Positions 1 through 14,490 of a stretch of 64,000 nucleotides of DNA are shown one piece after another. This DNA is from Eledone cirrhosa (lineage: Eukaryota). The notes under the pieces were generated by a model, which did no database searches, was not told where the DNA came from, and saw only the letters and a program-made list of their open reading frames with translations. Each line of letters starts with the position of its first letter. The stretch's first letter is position 1. The position numbers and the translations under genes are program-made. Location of the stretch: the NCBI GenBank assembly GCA_964016885.1, contig OZ024755.1:2604001-2668000 (forward strand), given 5' to 3'.

Positions 1-29
1 CAGAACCAAGAAAGAATTGGGATAAAATA

Positions 30-1250
30 GCTGAAAACAAAGAGATACTTATTAAATCGCAGAGAATCAGTTGCTATGATCAACGCCAATAATTCTTTAT
101 ACCAAGTAAACAGTTTGACTCCAACCAAAAATGATTTCACTAAGAAGTATGTAAAAATATAATGAAAATGTTTACTTCCAACCTAAAACGATTTTACGAA
201 GAAGTCGGTAAAAATAGAATTGTAATGTTTGACTCCAACCTAAAAAGATTTTAACAACCAACAAATACAATAGAAATAAATTAGTATAGTTAATACTAAA
301 CATTGTGAGATATGTAATATATAACCGATAAGTTAAAGAATGTCACATTCGTTTTACATTTGAAAAGGGAGTTTTAGCCCTGAAATATTACGTTGAAATA
401 TGTTGGGTAAAACATAACTTTATTTTGTTTTATTCATCCTTTGCCCTTTATGTATTTCCACCGCAATGTACCTGATTTTCGACACTTATCATATAGAAAT
501 TGGAAAGGTTTAACTTCAACCTAACATTATTCTACCAAGAAGTTGGTAAAAATAAAATAAAGCTGAATGTGGCACCACCAACCAGAGAATTTGGAGAGTT
601 TAGTAGGAAACTAAAATATCATCAGGTGAAATAAACTAACAAAACAAACGAAATAGCATCTGAACAATTGTAGGAGGCCATAGCAACAGACGAAGTGGCT
701 CACATCCTGAAGAAATCAAACAACTCTAAGGTACTAGAGTATGATAAAATCTCAAATTTCTGCATAGAATTGTAAACAAACACACATTAACTGCTAACAT
801 TGAAGTTTTATGAGATACTATCAACGACGCCAGAGGCAACATTCTCAAGGCCAGAAGATAAAAGAAACCCTTCTAAATGACTGTAAGCCTATAACATACC
901 TTCTTGCAATCTAAGAAGACTTAACTGCAATAAAATGACAGACACTGAATAAATATTTGAAAAAAAAGAAGCTGTTTGCAGAAGAGCAGAAAGGATGTTG
1001 CAAAGTCCTACATGGATGAAAATTTCAATTACTGCTCAACAAAGCCGTAACGGTAGACTGTGGGGGAAGGAAAGGTTTTAGTGTGACATTGATTGACTAC
1101 CAGAAGGTGTTTGACAGTATTCCCTACACGGATATCATAGAGACAGTAGCGTGAGTACGGTAGCATCTATGATATGAAAATACTTGAAATATATGCTGAG
1201 TAAATAATGAATTACCTTACAGATACAGAGAGAAGAGAAGCTGATATAGA
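30..1250 (+). pseudogene. Decayed R4/Dong-like non-LTR retrotransposon reverse transcriptase fragment
   Basis: Manual translation gives QRISCYDQRQ*FFIPSKQFDSNQK, EVAHILKKSNNSKVLEYDKISNF, then KPITYLLAI..LTAI, and LFAEEQKGCCKVLHG*KFQLLLNKAV...FSVTLIDYQKVFDSIP (EEQKGC at 981, IDYQKVFDSIP at 1092, same frame). This matches the R4-clade RT pattern EEQKGC...QLLINKAI...WIDYKKAFDSVPH. Many stops and frameshifts. Confidence 0.85.
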
Positions 1251-1254
1251 TACG

Positions 1255-1286
<32 letters not shown>

Positions 1287-1355
1287 TTCGTGAGTTTTCT
1301 ATCGAAAAATAATAACATTCGATTCGTTTATATGTATATAAACATTTCTCTCTCT

Positions 1356-1405
<50 letters not shown>

Positions 1406-1672
1406 AATAGAGAATGAGGAAGGAAGGAAGAGAGGTGTCTAGGACGGCTCATCTCAACATATCCAGTCGGCTGATAGCTACCACTAACATCCACTAACTC
1501 ACAGTCCTGACATAGAGTGATCTCAAATATTTACACTGTTTTTCTATTGATTCATTTTTTTCCTTTTGTTTTGTTAGCTAAAACTTGTAAACAAATACTC
1601 AAACAGACACTTATAGCTATATACAGTTCAATGTATGTGTGGGTGGGTGTATCTCTCTATGTATGTATGTAC

Positions 1673-1719
<47 letters not shown>

Positions 1720-1810
1720 CTTACATGCATTCAGAAGAATAAGTCAGATATATATATTGTTGGAAACAAAGAGATGAGGGAGAACGTGAGGAAGAAAATA
1801 TATAGCTGGG

Positions 1811-1934
<124 letters not shown>

Positions 1935-1991
1935 GTACCACAATGATAGATTGAAGTGAAATAGCATTGACAATACTGTAGCTGAAATATC

Positions 1992-2106
<115 letters not shown>

Positions 2107-2479
2107 ATATATGTATGTATATATATATATATATATATATACATATATATATAAAATATATATACAGAGAGAGAGTGAAGAAGATATATATATACATATG
2201 TGTGCATGTATGTATATGGGTAATGTAACAGCATATTTTTTTTTTCTTTTTTCCTCATGTGAAATTGTTTCATTTCTCTAGCGGCGTCGTTATAAATGGC
2301 GCTCGTTGTTTTCTTTGAAGGAGTTCTCACCATTTATCTCCCTTGATTGGCTTTCTATTTTTACTTACCATATTTGTTATTCCTAGCTTCCATTTATTTG
2401 TGAATTAGTTTGTGTGCATGTGAGCATATGTATGCATTTGTCTGTGTATGTGTGTTTACGCGAGTGTCTGTGTGTGTGT

Positions 2480-2517
<38 letters not shown>

Positions 2518-2803
2518 TATATTTATGTATGTGTGTATACTTGTACCATACTTGTGTGTTGGTATATGTCGATTATAAATGACGTTTAGAAATGATTTTC
2601 ATAACGAATGTTGAATGTTTCTCTTTACGCTAGTCTTTCTGTCAGTCTCTCATTTTCTCTTGCACGCTGTAAAACACAAACACATCATTTATCTCCCTTG
2701 TTTAGCAATCTGCACTGTGTTCACATGTGTCTTTGTATTTGTCTGTTACGTATAATTTCTTTATACTTTTATCTATATATACAGATACATACCACATATA
2801 CAC

Positions 2804-2861
<58 letters not shown>

Positions 2862-4152
2862 TTGCTTTTCCCTTCTTTACATTTTCTCGTTTGCTTTCTT
2901 CTTCAAAATATTCTAAGTGAATACTATTTATTTTCTTTTTAATTCCATAATTGTTTTTCTTTCCTTTTCTTTCTTTTGTAGCTTATTTCCTATTTTTCAT
3001 TACAACCTCATTCCTAGAGTTGTTCACTGTTAACTGTTCCCACGTGTGCAATGAAATATAATTGTGCCTATCATCAATATCAATTCTAGTACCGCATTCA
3101 AAACATCCACTCCTTAAAGCTACTGCCATCATAAAATATAAGAATACAGATTAATAGAATCTACTACCACCATATTGGTTTCTTTAACTGTTGGATTCAT
3201 TAAACTTCCTTTCAACACTGATGTACTTTACTCTCACTATAAAAGCTCTATCTTATGTTTCTTACGCTTACTGTGAATTCTCCTCCTCCGATCACTACAA
3301 TGTGTGAATGTGTCCTGTAATTCCTGGAGAATTGTAGGGACACCCTATTGACATACAGTGTTTCAAGGACAAATCTAAAACATGTAAACAAAGCCCAATA
3401 CTATCCAAGTCTGAACACAGCAGATTTATTCCAGAGAAGGATAGAGCATTAGAGAAAGGAAGTGTGGAAGAGATATAGAGGAACGATCGACACCGGTACT
3501 TGACTGGTGTTTTTGTATCGGCCTCAAATGGATCCGATCACTACTAGGAAGTATAAACGTTAATGCACATAATTTAATCAATGTTACCACCAAAACGACC
3601 ATAAAGAGCCTAAGTCAATTTTTGAACTATGCTCCTCACAGAGTGCGAAACAGATATAACTTTTAACTTTATTAGTAGTTTCCTTACATACGACGTCGGA
3701 GCAGCTTTTATTATCTCAATGTTATCAAACGTTTATATTTATCAACATATTTGTGCCCTATACACGTTCAGCATATTGTTATATTATCTGCTTAATGCTC
3801 TGAGAGAGTCATTATAATCTAAAGCAGACTCCATTCGAAAGTGATCACAATTAAAATCATCCACTCTATATATTATCAGCTCAGCAATTTAATCTACACG
3901 AAATACCTATCATAACACACACTCGTCAATATCGCAGACATATTTTCGCTGAATTCCAAAATTCCCGTCACACCTTTAAATTGACAGAAATATCGATTCA
4001 CTTACACAATTTCACGTAAACAATTGCAACCCAATAGCAGCACACACACTTCCTAAACTCTGCAACATCAATGTAAAACTATCAGCTAATACACCTTAGC
4101 CACCACAACAATATACATATATTCTTTGCTGAAACTTTAATCTGTTATTTTA

Positions 4153-4226
<74 letters not shown>

Positions 4227-4270
4227 GAAAGAACGAGGTGTTACATCTTCATTATATTTATTGAGGTGAG

Positions 4271-4299
<29 letters not shown>

Positions 4300-4304
<5 letters not shown>

Positions 4305-4470
4305 ACATTTTCTCCAATTCCCCACCGCTCATCCCCTCAATCTATATTATTTCTCACTCTTTCTGCTGATGAAGGACTAGCCTCCTAAACGTTAAGACCC
4401 TCTTCCTGCTATATCAAGCGCTAACCTAATATATACTGTACCGATTGTGTTGTTATTTCTGTTTACCTTT
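4300..4470 (+). mobile_element. (TA)n-flanked Penelope-like element terminus with decayed hammerhead motif
   Basis: CTGATGA-agga-ctagcc-tcct-AAACGTT at 4366-4393 (GAAA core damaged). Insert bounded by (TA)n and (CA)n(TA)n tracts. Confidence 0.45.
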
Positions 4471-4471
4471 T

Positions 4472-4542
<71 letters not shown>

Positions 4543-5130
4543 TGTCACATTACATTACGAAATCTTCATAACAGCCACAGTTCACGTGAACATCATTCGG
4601 TCAAACAGTCGTTTGACCTGCTAGATTGCTAGATATAATAACCAAATCACCAACATATCAGATAGGATGTTCATTTCTCAAATGGACTTAGTGTTGAAGA
4701 ATTAATGAAGGGCCAGCCTCGTCGTTAGAATATCGGTTGCAATGCCGTTCCCAAAAGCTTCTTCTCAGTTTTTGACTAGCTCTACATGTAACAACAACAA
4801 CAACAACAGCACAAAGAGCCACAGCAATAGTATGGAAATGTTGGTTTCTAGAGACTGTAAACTATGCCAGCATCGTGAAATAATCACCAACTAGAGAGAC
4901 ATGAGAAATTCAGAGAAATAATCCAGATATGGCTGGCAAGAATCAACGGGAAAGAAAACTGACTCCTAATCGAAGTATCAATCCCGATAGACTATGGTAT
5001 AACGTTACTGGAAATTAAAATATTATCAAAATAGAAAGATCTGGATAGAGGGATAACCGCAATGGTGGGGATTGAATACAAAGCAAATAAAACAAACGAC
5101 AACATAACAAATAAACATACATCCTTATAA

Positions 5131-5234
5131 TAACTGTTTCTACTTATAGCACAAGGCCAGCAATTACCCAGTGTATTACTGGTACTTTATTTTATCGACC
5201 CCGTAAGGATGAAAGGCAAAGTTAACCTCGGCGG
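5131..5234 (-). mobile_element. SINE family A, 3' part, internally deleted subfamily
   Basis: acaaggccagcaatt...actggtactttattttatcgaccccgtaaggatgaaaggcaaagttaacctcggcgg shared with copies at 7031, 9763, 29805 and 59291. Confidence 0.85.
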
Positions 5235-5629
5235 TTATAATAATAATAATAATAAGAGTCACATTAGGAATGATTTAAAAAAACGTTGACAAATACATAG
5301 CCAAAAACCATAGGAATTACATTGAAGCAGTACAGACACAAGAGTACAGACGCTGAACAGACACTAACCAGTACATAGATACTAAACACTAAATAGTAAA
5401 GTATACTAATCACTATAGACACTAATTGGCAGTGAACACTATATAACATAGTGAAATTTTAAATACAAGAGTAAAAGACAAATCCTAAAGAACATATTCC
5501 ATGTAGACATGCTGTGGAGTGTTCTGGTTGAGTGTGTAGTTAAAATATGGAGTAGGAATAAACCTACTGAGAACTAGTAATATCTCGTGTTTATTTACAT
5601 TGTTATTGTTGTTGTTGTCATTATTGATG

Positions 5630-5687
<58 letters not shown>

Positions 5688-5790
5688 CAATAATGATAAT
5701 AATAATAATACCAACAATAATGATAATAATAATAATAACAATAGTAACAATAATAATAACAATAACAACAATAACAACAATGATATAATA
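5630..5790. repeat. (AAT)n microsatellite
   Basis: Visible trinucleotide run. Confidence 0.95.
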
Positions 5791-5807
5791 ATATTATTAG
5801 TAACGAT

Positions 5808-5840
5808 TCTTTCTTTATTGGCCACAAGGGCCGAAAAAAC
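5808..5840 (-). mobile_element. 3'-terminal stub of a LINE (cccttgtggccaataaagaaa), Tx1-like
   Basis: tttctttattggccacaaggg resembles the end of the Tx1-like fragment at 54008 (tttctttattagccacagggg). A similar stub lies at ~7298-7330. Both abut (TAA)n-rich sequence. Confidence 0.4.
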
Positions 5841-6089
5841 GAAGGATTTATTACTATTATTTTTATCAATAATAATAGTAATAATAATAATAGTTATAAT
5901 AATATAACATTAGGGCCCATCATGATGTTCCTCATCCGGCATTACGTATAATAGTGTTTTCTCTAATGACAACTCTTATCTGCTGCAATTTATTGCATTT
6001 GGCGGTAGAAAGGAGAAACGAACGATAAGCAATATATCAACAGTATAGTAGCAACAAAACATACAACAGCGCTACAAAAATCGAACATC

Positions 6090-6120
6090 ATATATGTATA
6101 TATTTATATATGTAAGTATG

Positions 6121-6153
<33 letters not shown>

Positions 6154-6225
6154 CTGTGTGTTTATATTTATGTATCTGCCTCAATATATACTGTATACAT
6201 AAATGAATATATATGTATGTATAAC

Positions 6226-6294
<69 letters not shown>

Positions 6295-6393
6295 TGTGTG
6301 TGTATATATATGTATGTATATATACTATAACTATATGTATATATATACATATATATATATATACTATGAATATATATATATATACATATACTG

Positions 6394-6428
<35 letters not shown>

Positions 6429-6528
6429 ATGTATATAAATGTATGTATATATATATACTATAAATATATATATATATATATGTATATATGTATATATGTA
6501 TATATATATATATATGTATATATAAATA

Positions 6529-6586
<58 letters not shown>

Positions 6587-6610
6587 ATATGTATATATAT
6601 ACATATATAC
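6090..6610. repeat. Compound (TA)n/(TATG)n microsatellite field
   Basis: Visible. Source of the YIYI ORFs. Confidence 0.95.
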
Positions 6611-6956
6611 ACGCATACCTACATAACACTTTCATGCATACAAGCATACTTACTTACGTACATAAAAAAATATGTATGAGTGTGCTTATGTGAGCGTGCG
6701 CTTATCTGTGTGTCTGTGTGTGGGTTATATACGAATGCGTGCATGCATATGTATTTCTATAAAGAAAAAAAAAAACAATATGGCCGCTCATTTTCTAGAA
6801 TACACATCATTCAATCATGGCTGAGTCATCAACTGTTTTATGTACCATTTATTTCCCAATTTGATGTTATATAGCTGCTTCGCTGTGTATTTAGCAACAG
6901 AACTGCTATAAAATAGCTACATATTGTTTATGAAGATTATGCTTATATCAATAATA

Positions 6957-7030
<74 letters not shown>

Positions 7031-7031
<1 letters not shown>

Positions 7032-7248
7032 GTTTCTTATATAGGCACAAGGCCAGCAATGTTTGGGGAGGGGTAAGTCGATTAAATCGACCCCAGTGCG
7101 AGACTGGTACTTTATTTTGTCGACCCCGTCATGATGAAAGGCAAAGTTAACCTCGGTGGAATTTGAACTCAGAACGTAAAGGGCCGTAACTCTTTTCTTG
7201 CAAAGCATGGCGTCCGACCCTCTACCGGTACTGCCAATCCCCCGCTCT
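7031..7248 (-). mobile_element. SINE family A, full length, within (TAA)n
   Basis: Minus strand has an A-box-like tggcagtaccggtaga and B-box gagttcaaattcc, body gttaactttgcctttcatc...ggggtcga and tail ggccttgtgcc. Flanked by (TAA)n on both sides. Confidence 0.9.
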
Positions 7249-7295
<47 letters not shown>

Positions 7296-7710
7296 TTACC
7301 TATTTGCCACAAGGGCCAGAAAAAGCCCATTATAAACTTGCTACAGTTCTTGTGCGAATGTAGCAATATAAAAGAAAATGGGATATGTTGCCAAAAAAAA
7401 GTTTAGATAAAGTTTCATCAATGTCTATGCTCCAGCATGGCCTCAACCAGTTAGGTAGAACCGTTAAAAGAGTGAAATATTGATGACTGAAGATATAAAC
7501 AATGATAAATATGATCTAAAGCGGTGTGGTTTGCCCAAGTCGACGTTCGTGTGTTTGGGAGCCTTATGTAGCCTCATGTAGCATGTGTCTACTAGATGGG
7601 AATACCGCAGCAGAGTGGTGACCCTATGCGATTGCTCCATGTTCAACCTGTCTCATATATACACACACACACACACACACACAAACAAGAGAACGAAAGA
7701 AAAACAAGTG

Positions 7711-7789
<79 letters not shown>

Positions 7790-8179
7790 GAGATATGAGT
7801 ATTATTTAAATTTTATTTTCCTGCTATGTTGTGTTTAAACATTCCATAATTTTCGTTGTGTTTCTTATTTTTCCTGTGACAAGAAATTCGTTCACTTCAA
7901 CGCTAATTTCTTTATCGACATAAATTCATTTCAAACATTAATTCATATTTATTTCGAGCAAATTTTTCTTCCGCTAGTTTCTAAGAGGTTCAATGTCTTC
8001 TACCGTTTCATGAGTCTGCTCTAAATTATTTCATAGTTCAATAAGTATGACTATATTATTTCCAGAACTTAAAATATTCTTTACAAAGTTAACGGGATTT
8101 TCCCTTAATCCTGCAATAAATGTATTAATTATACACTCTATTACTTGTCAGGTTACCTCTGAGCGTTACTGTACAACCT

Positions 8180-8323
8180 GTGACATGATCGGCCTCATTG
8201 GTGACTAAACTGGCAACCCCACCAAGCTTCCCTGTTGAAGAGGGTCATTTTTGGACACCTTGCCGAATGAAAACGAAAACCTGATAAGGGCGGAGTAACT
8301 CATGAGAGTCAAAGGTCATCCAA
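8180..8323 (+). mobile_element. RTE-type LINE 5'-UTR-like fragment
   Basis: gactaaactggcaaccccaccaag...aaaacctgataagggcggagtaactcatgagagtcaaaggtcatccaa is homologous to the minus-strand 5' end of the element at 34511-35100. Confidence 0.6.
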
Positions 8324-9762
8324 TAGTGTGTACATATGTTTATATTGTGTGGACATGTAAATATATATATGTTAATTTAAGAGTGTGCAGACCTGTAGAA
8401 GCGTTCACTGGTTGACACTAGATGGTCTTTGTGGCGTCCCTGTGAGTCCCAATGTCTGTTCGGCATATCACTCAGCGAACTAATGATGTGCAATATATGC
8501 TCATTTAAGCGATGTCCCTAGCTTCTCTCAGTTCGAAGATCGACATGTGTGGGGGAAGATCCACATTATACTCACTCACACACACACGTGAGTCTGTGAT
8601 AGTTTTAATGTGCTTGTCTGTGTGTCTGTGTGTTTACTTAAAAGTTTTCACTGTATATACACATATGCGTATCATTTATTGTGAGCCAACATGTGTATAT
8701 ACTTGTGTTTCACCATGATTCTATATTTATGTTTGTTAATCGGTGTATATGTAAAGAACTCTGGGTCGTGCTGCAAGTTACAAATATTTCTGATGATTCT
8801 CTACCAAATCTAGGAACATTGTGGATGAAACATCAGCCATTTTAGAAAAATTACTTCTCGAGAAATTCCTTTTTAATTAACGAAGTTTCATCTAATAATA
8901 TCTTTAATTTGGTTTCGAAAAATTTACTGAAAATTGATTTCATTTCTTATTAATTCGGTAATATATTGTGCGATGAGTTTAGTGAAACCCTGAATGCAAG
9001 CAGTCCCTTAAAATTATTCTTTTCTTAATTTGAGATCCAGCCCGCTTCCTTGTTGGCATTGTTAGGTTTCTTTTTATTAATTTGTGAATTATGTTAAAAT
9101 TCATATTTGTTAATTGAATATCGTTTTCAGTAATTTCATCAAAAGCTGCAATATGGCATCCTTTGTTTTTCTGTATATTTACAACATTTGTATGGGGATT
9201 TGACACAAAATGCCTTGTTCATTTTTGCGGTGGTTAGGGAGGAGTTTGAAACTAACACAGAGAAGTTATACTTCTACCATTCAAAAGAATTCGGGAGGAA
9301 ACTGTTAGTTAAAAAATTATAAATTGTGACATATCCGCAGTATGAAAGCATCCAGACCTTCTGGTGTAAATAGAAACTAGCATGTTTATTTAGCAAAAAC
9401 ATTTTGCCTGCTTTGAATTCTAGCAATCTGGCAATAGATATAAAATTTCAGGTTCAAGAAAAACTACTCTTGTTGGAAATGAAATAGAATGTTCGTCTTA
9501 AGAAGTATACATGTACGATGCTTGATAGTGAGGATCTAATAATGTAGTAATAGAATATGTTACGTCCTCTAGAACAGAGTACATTGAATTACTCAAATGT
9601 TTGTAACTATTTTATCTAAGTATGTCATGAAAATATGTATTTATTCTGAACTAATATGATATGTATTATATTTATTATGTGTATACAGTTTAGTATGTAA
9701 ATGTATTCTGTAGTAGTAAGTAGTATAGCAATACTAGTAAATATTATTAGTATCTATCGTAG

Positions 9763-9969
9763 GGTGGTGGATTGGCAGTATCGGTAGAGGGTTGGACGCC
9801 ATGCTTTGCAGCATAGAGTTACGGCTCTTTATGATCTGAGCTCAAATCCCGCCGTGGTTAACTTTGCCTTTCATCCTTATGGGGTCGATAAAATAAAGTA
9901 CCAGTCACGCACTGGGGTCGATTTAATCGACTTTCCCCTCTCCCCAAATTACTGGCCTTGTAAGAAACC
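9763..9969 (+). mobile_element. SINE family A, full length, with 20-bp target-site duplication
   Basis: tRNA-like head tggcagtatcggtaga...gagctcaaatcc. TSD attattagtatctat(c/t)gtag at 9743-9762 and 9970-9989. Confidence 0.92.
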
Positions 9970-10281
9970 ATTATTAGTATCTATTGTAGCTTTTACTAAA
10001 TAATATATTCATTCGTATCTAAAATAAACACAATTAAGTCACTGAAAGAAGATATGGGCTTGTGCTTGAATTTATTTGCTTTTGTTATTTATATGTGTAA
10101 ATGATTTTGGTCTTCGCTGTGTCGCTTAGGTCCTTGTCAGAACTGTTTCAATAGACATATGATATTTCTTCATGTGACCATCTAATTTTTTTTATTTGAC
10201 CACAGTTCATCAAAGATATTTTTATCCCATGTCTTTACTCATTACTGAACCTTTAGTGTTCGATCAGAATGGGGGGGGGGG

Positions 10282-10745
10282 GGTCAGTTTTTCCAAGAGG
10301 TCGATTTTTTTCATTATTTCTACAAACTGTCCCTTTTTTACCATATGATATATATATACCTTCCTTTCCCTTTTATCGTGTACTAAACTCTTCAGTTTTA
10401 TACACACTCTTCCAACATACATATCACTTCTTTAAAAAGAAGTAGAACTTGTAGAAATTACAATAAAAGACGAACCCTCTCCCGAATTCCAGGACTCATG
10501 TCTTCTCTCTGCTAGCTGTTGTGATCAGTAGATGGTATCAGAAATGAAAAGACCAATGGAAACATTGTTACATTGGTCAGTTTTTCCAAGAGGTCGATTT
10601 TCTTCCTTATTTCCACAAACTGTCCCTTTCTTACCATATGATATATATACCTTCCTTTCCTTTTTATCTTGTACTAAACTCTTCAGTTCCATACACAGAT
10701 AGTATCAGCAATGAAAAGACCAATGGAAACAGTTACATTGGTCAG
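10282..10745. repeat. Local tandem duplication with internal deletion (A-X-B / A'-B')
   Basis: 10282-10406 recurs at 10575-10697 and 10530-10580 recurs at 10697-10745. Junctions share ggtcag. Confidence 0.85.
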
Positions 10746-11745
10746 AGTTGACGAGTTCTACCCCACTCGTTAAGTGATTGAGATCTGGGATCTTATCGAT
10801 TGATTAAATAAGAGAAATGTCCTTTCACACCAGGCTAACTAAATAATTTAATAATTATTATTTTTATTACCATTTTACCGTGGAAGAATATCTCTACTTT
10901 CCTCGCAGACTAGTTATATATTCATCTTTAATAATTCATTAAAAACTAAAATGTCGAGAAGCAAAAGAAAACCAAATTTTCAATTGACTGCAAAGTTTAT
11001 TATGTAAATTATATTAGGCCTTATGAGTCAAAATGTATAGGTTTGTTGATATTGTCTGTCTCATATTGCTACTTATAATGTCTGATGTTGAAACTAAATG
11101 TGGTTTTGTTTTTTGTTTGTTTAATTTTTTGTTGCTGTTTTGTTTTTCAATTTGCTTAGCAAAGTATTTGTTGAACACATTAGGAATTCAGTTTCCTACG
11201 TTCAGTGGTTTCTGAGATGTCAATCAGACAAACGAATGCTGCTAAAACATTCGTTATCTCAACTAATTTTTGTTCGTTAGATATGTTTGGATATCGGGAA
11301 TTATGATAGTGGTAAATTCAATAACGAATAAATAAATAAATAAATGATAAAAATAGATAAATAAATAAAATAAATAAATAACAAGTTGTTTGTCACACTA
11401 TGATAAGTAGACATAATATATTCATCAATGTAGAGTCGGCTCCATTTACTAAAAGAGTTAGACACTGTACAAGGTAAAACACTAAGATATGTATATATTC
11501 CCAGCTCCATTAAATAAAAGCTGTACAAAGCAAAGCACTAGTTGTGTGTAAATATTCTTGATGTAAGGTCTACACTGTTTACAATAACAGAGACAGTTAC
11601 TATGAGACTGAAAATCTAGAAAGCTGGATGACGGATTAAGAAACGTTATTATGAAACACGAATTACAAGTAATTCGTATGAAAATATGAACTAAAACAAT
11701 ACAATATACGAAGCTAGAATATAGGTGCCCATTCCATGCTACATC

Positions 11746-12072
11746 AAGGGCCGGATTTAATGGGGGGAGGAAAGGGGGCAATTGCCCCGGGCCTTCTGCA
11801 GTGGTGGGGGACCCCGCCAGCGACAGTTGTAGCAATTTATTTGTGCCCTCAGCTGGGTTTTTTTAGTTTTAGGGTGGTTAGAATGTTTTAATTTAATACC
11901 CGTATGTATAACTTCTCAATTCCAATTATTTGCACCAAGCAAAATTTGATATGTAAAATTAGGGGTTTGCTGTGTGTGGAGGGGGGGGGGGGGGGGATTC
12001 TAATTTTTTTTTTGTATGACCACACACACACATGAAGTGCTCCGAGTCCCCCAAGGTCTAATTCCAACTTTG
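11746..12072. mobile_element. hAT-type MITE
   Basis: Left end (a)agggccggattta, degenerate right end taattccaactttg, 8-bp TSD gctacatc / actacatc, GC-rich subterminal gggggcaattgccccggg. Confidence 0.65.
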
Positions 12073-12080
12073 ACTACATC

Positions 12081-12119
<39 letters not shown>

Positions 12120-12592
12120 GTGTGTGAAATAATGCAACATTGGCTAAAGTTATCCTGAAGAAGATTTCGCAATCATCGAAGCATAATTCTTTCCTAGAAC
12201 TTCAGTTAGGTTTTACTGATTAGGCAACAGATGGACAGATCGAACAGCACTCAGTCGATGTGTAATATGTGCGATGACAAAACAAGAAAGATTATACAGG
12301 AACCTTTACGAATATATTTCTACAAAAAGGGTACGTAGGTGAAAATATACGACAAAAATTGAAGGAGAAAAATATATTGTACATGTAAATATGTAACTCA
12401 AAATGCCAGAAGCAAGGGAAATTGACTTTCGTCGATGAAATGTGGTGGAGAAGAACGAAGTGAATAAATTTATGTCCTTGCTTAACAGTGCTAGAGGCCG
12501 AAAGGGCAAATCAATTGCCTGGCGACAGGAAGAAGCAGTAGAAGTAGTAGTGGCGGTGGTGGTGTAGGGGTTTTTGTTGGTGGTTGTAACAT

Positions 12593-12672
<80 letters not shown>

Positions 12673-12818
12673 CTAGAAATGACAAACTGTTTATCCATTT
12701 ATAATTTCAGTTCTCTTTTCACCCCCGAGAGCAACACAAACTTACATCTCTCACACCTCTTTCTTTTTCACATAACATCCGAAAATAGCAATTGCTTTCC
12801 CACCTATCTCTCTCTCTC

Positions 12819-12909
<91 letters not shown>

Positions 12910-13100
12910 CTCTCTCTCTCTCTCCCTCTCTCTCTCTCTCTCTTTACCTACTTATCTATCTATCTATGTATCTTTACAAAACATTAGTCATCGCTACTAA
13001 ATGGTTTCGTTGGACTTTTCCCTTTTTGACATTCAAGAATTCTTTATGGCCGATCTGCTTCAATTTAAGTATATGTATGTTTAAGAGGATATATATATAT

Positions 13101-13203
<103 letters not shown>

Positions 13204-13385
13204 TATATTGGTGTATGAATGCATTTGTTTGCAAGTGTATGGAGGGAATGGCACGTTCATGTGTCTCTCTATTTGCATTAGTAAGAGTCGGCGAGTGGCT
13301 GTACTTATGTTGAAATGGTTGTGCCTAAGCTTCTCAGTCTTTTGTGTGGGTTTCTTGTGTATATATATATATATATTTATTTATT

Positions 13386-13417
<32 letters not shown>

Positions 13418-13892
13418 TGCTACCATTTCATATCCGTTTCTGACCATATGAATTTCTCTGTATGTGTATGTAATTGCGTGTTTTTCTATGTATGTATGTA
13501 TGTATGTATGTATGTATGTATGTATGTATGTATGTATGTATGTATGTATGTATGTATGTGAATATGTATGTATATGTATGTATATATGTGTGTAACTATC
13601 TATGTGAATTGATGAATACCTTACATATATTTGTCTGGATATTCTGATGTATATATAAGTGTGTTTGTTTGAAAATATTCTATAGAATCGTTAAGTTTGA
13701 TATGTATTTACTTTTGTCTATGAGTGAGATAAATATGTTGTACAAAAACGTTGTATGTTTTGTATGAGAGGAGAGAGATATCTGGTGCGCCTGCGTAGAG
13801 TATCTTTTTTATTGGGTTTAACAGCTAAGACGTAGCATATGATTAATGTATGTGAGTCTCCATCTATAGGTAGGTATAATAGTGTACACTCA

Positions 13893-13980
13893 GTGTTGTG
13901 GGCGGATCAAGAAGTTTGCTTTGCCATCATAAAGTCCCGGGTTCAACACCACGCCGTTACATCTGGGACAAATTTCTTCT
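13893..13980 (+). mobile_element. Degenerate tRNA-derived SINE head
   Basis: aagaagtttgctttgccatcataaagtcccgggttcaacaccacg...ctgggacaaatttcttc has a B-box-like ggttcaacacc followed by a CORE-like segment. Confidence 0.4.
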
Positions 13981-14059
13981 TTTTCTACTTATTTCTTCAT
14001 TTTCTTATTTTCTTCTTTCAATGTATGTTTGTATGTATGCACGTATGTAGATACTTATA

Positions 14060-14105
<46 letters not shown>

Positions 14106-14263
14106 GGGAGTGTAACTTGGAGTTACACATTTTTCCATTACGGATTACGGAGTCGGGCTAGATCGATACAGATCGAACCTTGAGCTGATCAGTTGCGAAA
14201 CGCGCGTCACCAACCGTTAAACGTAATGAAAGTGTAACCAATGGTCTTTGTTTTATTTTATTT

Positions 14264-14321
<58 letters not shown>

Positions 14322-14490
14322 ATGTATGTGCCAGTATGTGTGTATGTGCATGAGTGAATTCACTGACATTTCATTTATCCTAAAAGTGTTTAAGCTAGCA
14401 CAACAACAACAGAAACAGCAGCCATTTCTGTAGCTGGGGTTGATTGGGTTAGGTAGGTTTTGTGGGGGGGGGGTATCAGCGAGTGTGTGT

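Noticed and set aside
12155-12186. ctgaagaagatttcgcaatcatcgaagc hammerhead-like motif
   Set aside because: GAAA box broken and no stem III. Cannot be separated from chance.
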